Shown piece by piece: positions 26,801 through 33,575 of a stretch of 64,000 bases of DNA (its first letter is position 1; each line of letters opens with the position of its first letter). The position numbers and the translations under genes were made by a program. This stretch comes from Patescibacteria group bacterium (GTDB lineage Bacteria > Patescibacteriota > Patescibacteriia > SG8-24 > DYFX01): assembly GCA_041659045.1 (NCBI GenBank), contig JBAZZB010000001.1:454111-518110 (forward strand). Direction: 5' to 3'. Under the pieces are notes generated by a model. The model did no database searches. It saw only the letters and a program-made list of their open reading frames with translations, and was not told the origin of the DNA.

Positions 26801-28145
26801 CCGCAGTCGCGCCGGTCACTGTCGCAGCCGTGCCGTTGTTGCCGGCACTTGTCGTTCCCGCACCGCCACCACCTCCTCCTCCAATACCTGTCGTACTGTT
26901 TCTTCCCGCGCCACCAGTACCGCCCGAATACGTAACATCACCAACACTCGAACCACTGGCTCCTCCTGTTCCAGCAGTGCCGGCATCTCCAGTAGACGCT
27001 CCGCCCCCACCGCCACCCTTCGCCATGACCGTCGAAGAATCGATAAAATAGCTGTCGCCACCGGCGTTCCCGGCGCTTGAAGCCACGCCCGTACCTCCCG
27101 CGCCAACGACAACGGTATAGCCGTTTCCCGGTGTAACGGAGATATTCGATTTCTTCGCATACGCACCACCGCCGCCGCCACCACCACTGTCCGCGGAGGC
27201 TTGTGTGTTACCGCCACCTGCGCCACCAGCGCCCCACGCCTCGACGTTCACGGCCGTAACGCCGGTCGGAGCCGTCCATGTCGTCGAACTCGTATAGACA
27301 ACGGAGCCCGTCGTATATCTTTCTTCATAACCGCCCGTAGGTCGAAAACGAACCGCTCCAAGATCTACAGCGAAATCATCTGTTCCGTTTTTTGTTGCCG
27401 TACCGGCCGTGCCATCAGCATTCTCGACACCTTGCGTGTAATAGCTTCCCGGCGAGTTCAGCACGACGACCTCCGAATGTACTTCGATAATACTTGTTGC
27501 TTCGTACATCTGCACCTGCGTCGTCACGCGCGGAATACCTTCCTCGCAGCACTGTGCGAGATCCAAAAAATCCACGACAAAGACGCGATTTGGCGTTGAG
27601 CCAAACGTCTGATACCGAATCTGCGAACCGTTTGAGGAACTCGCGTACAAGTCGGCCCACACGGCGGCGATCAGCGCATTTGGCGTGGCTGCGTCTGGAA
27701 TCACTTGCGTGTTCGTGGAGCTGCCAGGGGTGTCGCCCGTAAAACTGACAAAGCCGTTGGAACTGATCCAGACCGAATCGTAATCGGTACCGTAAAAGGT
27801 AAATGTGAACGGCAGCGTAATCTCGCTGGAAAATTCGTTATCAAATGTTCCAGACGTATCAAACGCCGCAGTCGCTCCCCCATCAAGCGTGTAGGGATCG
27901 TAGGCGATGGTTGATGATTGATAGAAAATCTCAGCCGAGGCTTTCGCTTCGCGTACGTTTGGAAAAAACGGATTGTGACCGAGCCGCGGCCAATCAGAAA
28001 AAATCCAGCTGGTCATGATTGTCAAAACCAGCAGGAAGCGTGACACCTTGGCGGCCTTCTTACATCCAGACCAAAAAACACGCCTACACCAAGCAGCGCG
28101 GCGCGCGACAGAATCCATGTCGATGCGGATGGTCAACGTGCGCAT
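23868..28145 (-). CDS. Giant (1425 aa) glycine-rich repeat cell-surface protein
   Basis: N-terminal TM/signal and a beta domain with PFTFTFYGTDYDSVWISSNGFVSF. Then four repeats of TWTAPxGVTxVxVExWG(G)n...VTPGNxYxVxVGAGG...SYFIDxSTVMAKGG(G)n, organised as two near-identical roughly 467-aa super-repeats. Then an Ig-like domain and a C-terminal module with an NWTL motif. The exact start is uncertain. Confidence 0.75.
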   Translation of the reverse strand: MRTLTIRIDMDSVARRAAWCRRVFWSGCKKAAKVSRFLLVLTIMTSWIFSDWPRLGHNPFFPNVREAKASAEIFYQSSTIAYDPYTLDGGATAAFDTSGTFDNEFSSEITLPFTFTFYGTDYDSVWISSNGFVSFTGDTPGSSTNTQVIPDAATPNALIAAVWADLYASSSNGSQIRYQTFGSTPNRVFVVDFLDLAQCCEEGIPRVTTQVQMYEATSIIEVHSEVVVLNSPGSYYTQGVENADGTAGTATKNGTDDFAVDLGAVRFRPTGGYEERYTTGSVVYTSSTTWTAPTGVTAVNVEAWGAGGAGGGNTQASADSGGGGGGGAYAKKSNISVTPGNGYTVVVGAGGTGVASSAGNAGGDSYFIDSSTVMAKGGGGGGASTGDAGTAGTGGASGSSVGDVTYSGGTGGAGRNSTTGIGGGGGGGAGTTSAGNNGTAATVTGATAVVGGGPGGYGFTVAGNGLAPDIGPGGGGGGSGEGATAQGGDGAPGRVRITYIYTWTAPTGVTSVDVEVWGGGGGGGGQQRIVSDGGGGGGGGGYSKKTSISVTPGNTYAVGVGAGGLGGTCITGVAGDDSYFIDTSTVMAKGGSGGPNSTGTPGSGGAGGAAASGVGDTKFSGGNGGKGSNATDGRGGPGGSSAGVAANGTNGPTTWAIDDASKPPHGGGIGGDGGDADGVPGDPPLSNFGSGGGGGGAADALSTTTCSIGGQGADGKVAITYIADSSDTVDTYATGSVVYTSSATWTAPAGVTAVNVEAWGGGGAGGGNNDSANDGGGGGGGGAYAKKSNISVTPGNDYTVVVGAGGTGVASSAGNAGGDSYFIDASTVMAKGGSGGNPNVGSGGSGTGGSGGAGGAGGSSVGDTTYTGGNGRAGTNSATGAGGGGGSAAGTGSAGTNASTAPTGAVAVVGGGPGGYGTATSGTTDGLAPDIGPGGGGGGAAEGATVKGGDGYVGRVRITYVYTWTAPTGVTSVDVEVWGGGGGGGGQQRIISDGGGGGGGGGYSKNTVAVTAGNTYTVVAGGGGLGGTCLSGLSGEDSYFVDASTVMAKGGAGGANSTGTPPAGGSGGASSGGVSEPSYIASGGDGGVGYNNTNGYGGPGGSSAGIAANGTSGATTWTTATAAAAPSGGGIGGDGASAIATNGNAPASGSGGGGGGGGESASTSTCTIGGAGADGKVKLSYVASGNAAPTISVSQPDGTSDTVTVGDSYNVTYTLADSDDVVTAAFYYDTNNSGLDGTVISGPCATAAEGTGVTCAWDTTGVTTGSYYVYGVVDDGENSPVSAYSSGQITINPATIVAVTVGDGTVAYGIMGTSETRSTSTGMWDTQSATNTGNVAEDFTIRGTNTANWTLGATPSSEQYAHAFCTASCTTAPTNYTALTTGETSMVTNVAVDAAQLFDLNISTPTSTSYNTQQSVDVVITATQH

Positions 28146-28217
28146 AGGGTCCGATGCGCTTTCGCGGATAACGACCCAAGTATAACACGACCACGGACTC
28201 TCGTACTGTCCCCAAGG

Positions 28218-28817
28218 TTACTGACGAACGTAAGGTGCCAGCTCAGCCGTCACGATAAAACGCTTAAAGGCCGTACCGAGCGGATAGGAAGTTTGCAGCG
28301 TCAAAGTTTTCTTCACGCCATCGCCTTGGGACAACACGCTGAGGTCCTTCGGGGAAACAACTTTCGTGCCCGTTACGACGTACAAAAACGGCGTACCGGA
28401 AGCATTCGTCACCTCGATTTCTTCACCAACGCGAATCGACATGAGCTTCGCGAACACATCTTTGTATGAACCCGGACTCCACACGTAATCGCTGGAGTGA
28501 CCAAAAAAGTAGGCGTTGCCAACTTGTCCCGGCATCGCCGTTCCCGGAAAATGCACGACACCTTTTTCGAGCGCTTGCTGAAAAGATTTCTCGTTACGCG
28601 CCGCTGGCTCGATGACAGGCGCATCGATTCCGAGTCCAGGGATCGCCAAACGCACCGCCAACGTTGAAGAAGACGAGGCGGCAACCGTTTCAATCATAAG
28701 CGTGGCGGAGTCGGGACGATCTCCGTCAACGCGTGCGCGAATCGATGGCCAAGCCATGATAAACACGGACGCGACAAGCGCGATGAAAGGCAGAAGTATA
28801 TGGGCGTGGCGGCGCAT
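28218..28817 (-). CDS. Sortase-fold protein with Ser in place of the catalytic Cys
   Basis: N-terminal TM. LAIPGLGIDAPVIE, HFPGTAMPGQVGNAYFFGHSS (the His motif) and KRFIVTAEL (Arg motif) align with SrtA. The TLxTC motif reads LTLQTSYP, with codon TCC at 28287-28289. The protein contains no Cys at all. Confidence 0.65.
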   Translation of the reverse strand: MRRHAHILLPFIALVASVFIMAWPSIRARVDGDRPDSATLMIETVAASSSSTLAVRLAIPGLGIDAPVIEPAARNEKSFQQALEKGVVHFPGTAMPGQVGNAYFFGHSSDYVWSPGSYKDVFAKLMSIRVGEEIEVTNASGTPFLYVVTGTKVVSPKDLSVLSQGDGVKKTLTLQTSYPLGTAFKRFIVTAELAPYVRQ

Positions 28818-28858
28818 AAGACGTAAACACGCCGGCAGGTGCCGGCGTGCCTATGATA

Positions 28859-29581
28859 TCAAGAACGTTTACGGAGCGACAGGACGACACCGAACGTCAT
28901 CACGACAAGTGCCATCGGAAGCGAAGCGCCTCCGGTGCGCGGAAGCTCGTCAACCGTGTTCGTGTCTCCACCAGGAGGCGTGGTACCGCCGTCCGGAGGC
29001 GTGAGCGGATTGCAGCCGGGGCTAAGCGGATCGCACGTCGCGACATCAGGAGGCGTGATCGGAGCACAATCGGGGCTTCCAACCGGGCAGCTCGGCGGCG
29101 CCGGAGGTTCACAGCTCGTCATGTTGCAGCCACCAGGCGGCGGGGTCGTCGGACCGTCGCAGCCCTGCGAGCATTCCGGAGTTGCAATCGCAACGTCGTC
29201 ATACGTAACAACGCAGGTTGCGGAACCGTTTTCAGCCAAGGTGCCGGAGCAGCCCGGACCGTAAAAACGAGCGTAGTACGGCTGGTGCGATCCCTGAACA
29301 GCGTAGTTGCCCGGGGATACGGCCATCGTGATACCCGGTGCGCCAAAACCAGCCCACGTCGAGAGGGTGGTCATGCCGTCGCCGTAGGTCATAAGAAAGT
29401 TTGCCGGCAAGGCAATACCTCCGTCATCATTGATGACGTTCGTCACAACGTTGATCGTGGCTTGGCTGTTGCCGCCACCGCCCGGACCGGGGCCGGTCGG
29501 GTTATACGAGGCCGCCTGAACGCGGGCAGCGCTCGTAAGAAGCGCCGTCGCAAAGACAAGCGCGAGAAGTGTTTTTCGCAT
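28859..29581 (-). CDS. Secreted Pro/Gly/Cys-rich protein with C-terminal LPRTG sorting signal
   Basis: Signal peptide MRKTLLALVFATALLTSAARVQA. C-terminus ELPRTGGASLPMALVVMTFGVVLSLRKRS, which is LPXTG plus a hydrophobic stretch plus a basic tail. Confidence 0.65.
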   Translation of the reverse strand: MRKTLLALVFATALLTSAARVQAASYNPTGPGPGGGGNSQATINVVTNVINDDGGIALPANFLMTYGDGMTTLSTWAGFGAPGITMAVSPGNYAVQGSHQPYYARFYGPGCSGTLAENGSATCVVTYDDVAIATPECSQGCDGPTTPPPGGCNMTSCEPPAPPSCPVGSPDCAPITPPDVATCDPLSPGCNPLTPPDGGTTPPGGDTNTVDELPRTGGASLPMALVVMTFGVVLSLRKRS

Positions 29582-29657
29582 AGTTGCGTAAAGAATATGC
29601 GAGGAGGATAGCTAAAAACGGCGCGCACGTCAAGGCAGCTATCACCACCTCTTCTTA

Positions 29658-29686
29658 TTGACAGCCTCCGCCCAAAACGATACGAT
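29658..29686 (+). promoter_or_regulatory. Sigma70-type promoter for tRNA-Gln (TTGACA-17 nt-TACGAT)
   Basis: TTGACA at 29658-29663, a 17-nt spacer and TACGAT at 29681-29686, about 10 nt upstream of the tRNA 5' end. Confidence 0.55.
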
Positions 29687-29696
29687 GTCGGCGCAT

Positions 29697-29770
29697 TCGG
29701 GGATCGTCTAATGGTAGGACAACAGACTCTGAATCTGTTTATCTTGGTTCGAATCCAGGTCCCCGAGCCA
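29697..29770 (+). tRNA. tRNA-Gln (anticodon CTG)
   Basis: Hand-folded cloverleaf: acceptor TCGGGGA/TCCCCGA, D-arm GTCT/GGAC, anticodon arm ACAGA/TCTGT with loop CTCTGAA, T-arm CTTGG/CCAGG with loop TTCGAAT, discriminator G and an encoded CCA. Confidence 0.85.
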
Positions 29771-29871
29771 TGGAAAAACACCGGCAAGACCGGTGTTTTT
29801 TCGTATGATAGTGATGTCTTCGTCCGATATGGTATAAGTGGTGTGCGAACACTCTTGATTTAATCCGCCCT

Positions 29872-30324
29872 ATGGAACCAAAAAATCCCGAATCAATGCC
29901 GACACAGCCGGAAGTGGCCAAGGTAGAGGCCGAGGGATCGGCTCCGTTGTCGCCTGAAGAAGAGGATCAAGCGGCGTACTGGCTCGAAATGATGGCGGCA
30001 GAGAGTGCGGAGAAGAAGCGTACGGAAAAAATCCCTGAACCGACGGAAGGTGAAAAAGCCGTGTCGGAGTTGAATGAGATTTTTGACGTATGGCTGGCGC
30101 CGGAGAAACTTGAGGCGCTTCACGCTTTGAGTACTGAAGCTGAAGCCGTGGAGAACCCTCTGCGTGCTGAAGCAAAATTGGCATTGGGCGAGATTCTGAA
30201 AAGAATCAATCTTGCAAAAAAATCGCTTCCTGGCAGCGAGACTGACCCTCTCATGGCAAAGTACAAGCTCGTTTCGAGAGCTGTCGGCGTCATCAATCGC
30301 GGATTGGTTGATCACACGAGATAA
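29872..30324 (+). CDS. Hypothetical acidic protein
   Basis: 150-aa ORF followed by a rho-independent terminator. No recognisable motifs. Confidence 0.45.
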   Translation: MEPKNPESMPTQPEVAKVEAEGSAPLSPEEEDQAAYWLEMMAAESAEKKRTEKIPEPTEGEKAVSELNEIFDVWLAPEKLEALHALSTEAEAVENPLRAEAKLALGEILKRINLAKKSLPGSETDPLMAKYKLVSRAVGVINRGLVDHTR

Positions 30325-30326
30325 TC

Positions 30327-30360
30327 AAAGAAGACCCAGTCTCTCGGCTGGGTCTTCTTT
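30327..30360 (+). terminator. Rho-independent terminator
   Basis: AAGAAGACCCAGtctctcggCTGGGTCTTCTTTT is a perfect stem followed by a T-tract. Confidence 0.6.
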
Positions 30361-30398
30361 TACTTGAACGGTCAACGACGATGCGTGCGCGGTGGTCT

Positions 30399-30827
30399 TT
30401 AGACCTTATCCTGTTCCGGCAGCTTCTTGTTGGCCTCCGCCGTCGAGACAGGCTTACTCATCACGACCGCCTTCACAATCAACCAACCGAAAAGCGCATA
30501 GACCGCCATGGCCAAAAGTGTCGATCCTTCAAAGACCACACCCTCAGCTTGGGTCGATTTGAAGACCGAGTAGAACGGTGCTCCGAACACGCCCGTCACG
30601 CCGTAGACGAATTTCGAGAATCCCGCCGCAGGATTCGCTCCCAGCATTTTCAGAAAAAGACGCAAAAGTAGGAAGACCTCCGCGATTCCCACGAGGTACC
30701 AAATAACCTGCGTGATGCGATACAAGGGCTTGATGCGCTGCGTCGGCATGTTCTCCTGCTTGAGCGTCGAGTCGACGGTCGGCATCGGCGTCTTCGGCAC
30801 CGGTTGTTGCGAGGGCTGCGCATCCAT
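30399..30827 (-). CDS. YggT-family integral membrane protein
   Basis: YLVGIAEVFLLLRLFLKMLGANP and a second repeat FVYGVTGVFGAPF are characteristic of YggT/Ycf19. Confidence 0.55.
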   Translation of the reverse strand: MDAQPSQQPVPKTPMPTVDSTLKQENMPTQRIKPLYRITQVIWYLVGIAEVFLLLRLFLKMLGANPAAGFSKFVYGVTGVFGAPFYSVFKSTQAEGVVFEGSTLLAMAVYALFGWLIVKAVVMSKPVSTAEANKKLPEQDKV

Positions 30828-30979
30828 ACGAATGAAGGTAATGGGGTAAATCACTTCCAGTATAACATCATTAAGGTACTTTTACGTTCCATGTTCCGTT
30901 TCGATCCCGTTTTCGTAGTAAGATAGTAGGAGCATTACTCGTCTGTCTTTTTGGAATCTAATCCTTGTAACGCCTTTTT

Positions 30980-31747
30980 ATGAAACGATCCGTGATCGTT
31001 ATGTCCCTTCTGCTCCTCGTCGGAGCAGGATGCGGCTACAAAACCCCTTCACCGGAACCCTCGCCCGCGCGCCCTACGGAAGAAGTTTCCGGCTCAATCG
31101 ACGGCACATGGAAATTGAAGCGCTTTAAAGCTTCCGGCAAAGAAACCCAGGATGTTTCCAAGATCGGCTCGACGCTGACGATCGAAGCCGGTACCCGCCT
31201 CTCTGCCAGGATCTGCAACAGCATGAGCGGCGAATACAACATCGAAAGCGGCACGCTGAAAGTGTCGATACTCCTGAGCACCAAGATGTTCTGCACGGGT
31301 CTTCCGGGTGAGATCGAAACGGCCTTCAGCCAAGGCTTGTCGACCGGCCTCAAGATCGATCTTTCCAGCGAAGTACTCGTCCTCCGCGCCGGTGCGGGCG
31401 CCGAGTTCACCTACGAAAGATCCGAAGACCCGCGCGTAGGAACACCGGCCGATGAGGAAACTGCAGCCGAGGACCGGGTCGTCAGCGGCACCGTTGTCTC
31501 TATTGATACCGACCAGGTGCCGGTGGACGGCCCCGCTGTCGTGAATCTTCGTACTTCGAGCGGTGCCATGGCGAAGATTCTGGTTCCCTCGTTTGGCCTC
31601 GGTCTTTGCAAGGCGAAAGCCTCCATCGCCGACGTCTATACGCTGAAGGCCGGTGACCGTGTCGAAGCAAACGGTTCGCTTGGCGTGGACGGCGCGATCA
31701 TCCCCTGTCAGTCGGAGGCGCATTATCTGCGCGTCACTACAAAGTAA
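30980..31747 (+). CDS. META/HslJ-like domain lipoprotein
   Basis: Lipobox LLVGAGC. DGTWKLKRF...LTIEAGTRLSARICNSMSGEYNIESGTLKVS resembles the META (DUF306) domain. Confidence 0.55.
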   Translation: MKRSVIVMSLLLLVGAGCGYKTPSPEPSPARPTEEVSGSIDGTWKLKRFKASGKETQDVSKIGSTLTIEAGTRLSARICNSMSGEYNIESGTLKVSILLSTKMFCTGLPGEIETAFSQGLSTGLKIDLSSEVLVLRAGAGAEFTYERSEDPRVGTPADEETAAEDRVVSGTVVSIDTDQVPVDGPAVVNLRTSSGAMAKILVPSFGLGLCKAKASIADVYTLKAGDRVEANGSLGVDGAIIPCQSEAHYLRVTTK

Positions 31748-31756
31748 ACAGATCAA

Positions 31757-31795
31757 AAAAGACCCGGCCTCAATACCGGGTCTTTTTGTTTTTCG
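31757..31795 (+). terminator. Rho-independent terminator
   Basis: GACCCGGcctcaataCCGGGTC followed by TTTTTGTTTTT. Confidence 0.6.
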
Positions 31796-31830
31796 ATGAT
31801 CGCGCTATGCTCGCGGCGAGGAGGTGCAGC

Positions 31831-32151
31831 GTGCGAACACTTTGGAGCGTCCCAGCGAAGACTGAGCTCATCGAGGATCCGCTCGCCTCGCCATTCGGAC
31901 CCGTGCGGAAAACCAAGCAGAGAATCCTGCGCGCCTATCGACGTCACGCCATGAAAACGCACGATTGCGATCGTTGTTGCGGAGTGATCGAGGCGGGAGA
32001 GATGTACGAAGGCGTCGTCGAGATCACTTCAGAGGGAAGACTCCGCGTCTCCAAGCAACATGTCGAGCCGTCCTGCGATTGGCCGACGGAACCGAACGAC
32101 GAAGACAGGGAAACTCACCACGCGCAAAACCCACTCGCCCGCGCCGCCTGA
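31831..32151 (+). CDS. Hypothetical small protein with CxxC-C...C cluster (possible zinc ribbon)
   Basis: GTG start 6 nt after GAGGAGG. Contains HDCDRCCG...C. The ORF-track ATG at 31786 lies inside the upstream terminator and is therefore unlikely. Confidence 0.35.
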   Translation: MRTLWSVPAKTELIEDPLASPFGPVRKTKQRILRAYRRHAMKTHDCDRCCGVIEAGEMYEGVVEITSEGRLRVSKQHVEPSCDWPTEPNDEDRETHHAQNPLARAA

Positions 32152-32180
32152 CGCGAGAACATGTTTCTCAGCGTCTTTTT

Positions 32181-32624
32181 TTACGACAAGCGCTCTAGTG
32201 CTAACTCGATTGTTTCGACTTGCACGATCCCATAGCGTTCGCACACAATATCCACGTTCCCCTTTCTCCAAAAACCCTCGGGGCAAACGACGACGAGTTT
32301 CCCACTCCGCGCGAAGAGACCGAGTTCCAACAAACTGATCGGTGACTTCGTCTGCGGATCAAAATACATGAGAATCTTGTCGGCGCGTTCGAGCGCGGAA
32401 AGCTCCCACTCGACCTGTTTTTTGAACTCTTCATTGTTGATGTTCTGTTCCCATGACGAATCCCAAGAACCGCGGCGCGGGTTCAGAATGACCCAGTCGG
32501 TTTCTGCCAAACGGCCCACGACGTCTTGTTGCCATTCGTGCGCTCGGTTCATCTCAATACTGCCGGCCAAAAAAAGTTTTCTGCCTTCGTTTGGAATTGG
32601 TTGTGGCGCTTGAATTTCTTGCAT
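32181..32624 (-). CDS. Nucleoside 2-deoxyribosyltransferase-like protein
   Basis: KLFLAGSIEMNRA...ILNPRR...ISLLELGLFARSGKLVVVCPEGFWRKGNVD matches the NDT/RCL-like fold. Start at MQEIQ (ATG 32622-32624). Confidence 0.5.
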   Translation of the reverse strand: MQEIQAPQPIPNEGRKLFLAGSIEMNRAHEWQQDVVGRLAETDWVILNPRRGSWDSSWEQNINNEEFKKQVEWELSALERADKILMYFDPQTKSPISLLELGLFARSGKLVVVCPEGFWRKGNVDIVCERYGIVQVETIELALERLS

Positions 32625-32657
32625 GGATTTTTTTTCTCGCAGTGCTATAATTCGCAC

Positions 32658-33437
32658 ATGATTATCGACGCGCACACCCACATCGGTTTCGGAAAAGCGA
32701 TCACGAAGTCGGCAAAGCAACTCTTGGCCGAACTTGACCGTGGGAAGGTCGACAAAGCAATGGTCTTTGCCGGCGCCATCAACGAGTGTACCAACGAAGC
32801 CTTACTCAAGGAAATCGCTTTGCACAAGAAACGCTTGTTCGGCGTTGGTTCGGTCTCTCCGAATGGCCCGAAGTCGTATCGACCGTCGCTCGCTTCGATG
32901 GAGCGGTGGCTTAAAAGCGGCGAGTTGCGCGCGATCAAATTCTATCTCGGCTACGAGCCGTTCTATCCGAACGACAACCGCCTGCGTCCATATCTGCGAC
33001 TCCTCCAAAAATACGACCGTCCGGCAATCTTCCACAGTGGTGACGTCTACAACGTCGTAAAAGGCGCGAAATTGAAATACGCGCATGCGCTCCATGTCGA
33101 CGACTTGGCTTCGGAGATGCCGCATCTCAAAATCATTATCGCCCATCTTGGCAGTCCATGGATCATTGATGCCGCACAGGTGTGCTACAAGAACGAGAAC
33201 ATCTACGCGGATTGTTCCGGATTTGTGTACGGCGATTTCTCACCCGTAAAGCGCAAGGAATTTATCAATGTTTGGAAGGAATTTGAACGCGTCACTGAAT
33301 CGAACGGGCGTATCCTCTTCGGCAGCGACTGGCCGATTAGCGATGTCCGACCATACGTCGACGTCGTTCGAAAGCTGGCTGGTCGCCACGCCGCACGGGT
33401 ATTCCATAAAAATGCCGAGACACTGTTCGGCGTTTAA
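32658..33437 (+). CDS. Amidohydrolase-family (TIM-barrel metal-dependent hydrolase) protein
   Basis: MIIDAHTHIGF N-terminal HxH metal motif, then HSGD and a later IAHLGSPW His. Start set at ATG 32658. Confidence 0.65.
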   Translation: MIIDAHTHIGFGKAITKSAKQLLAELDRGKVDKAMVFAGAINECTNEALLKEIALHKKRLFGVGSVSPNGPKSYRPSLASMERWLKSGELRAIKFYLGYEPFYPNDNRLRPYLRLLQKYDRPAIFHSGDVYNVVKGAKLKYAHALHVDDLASEMPHLKIIIAHLGSPWIIDAAQVCYKNENIYADCSGFVYGDFSPVKRKEFINVWKEFERVTESNGRILFGSDWPISDVRPYVDVVRKLAGRHAARVFHKNAETLFGV

Positions 33438-33575
33438 GCTCAGGCATTGACGTTTCCGAAGTTAGGTGCTATCGTAGAACCTTAATCAGGAGCCCCGCAT
33501 ACGCGGGGCTGGACTCGATCCCGTAGCGGCAGTTGTCGTGACCTAGGGGCCTCGGGTCAATGACACACCCCCTAC

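Noticed and set aside
24541-27051. Pro-rich plus-strand ORFs (24541-24861, 25312-25551, 26188-26412, 26434-26646 and 26830-27051) and other plus and minus ORFs inside 23.9-28.1 kb.
   Set aside because: They are antisense or alternative-frame readings of the GGN-codon glycine runs of the giant minus-strand gene (CCN gives Pro). They repeat with the same 1.4 kb period as the real gene and have no starts with an RBS.
31786-31830. ATG at 31786 as the start of the small Cys protein.
   Set aside because: This ATG lies inside the T-tract of the upstream terminator. The GTG at 31831 has a GAGGAGG RBS at ideal spacing.
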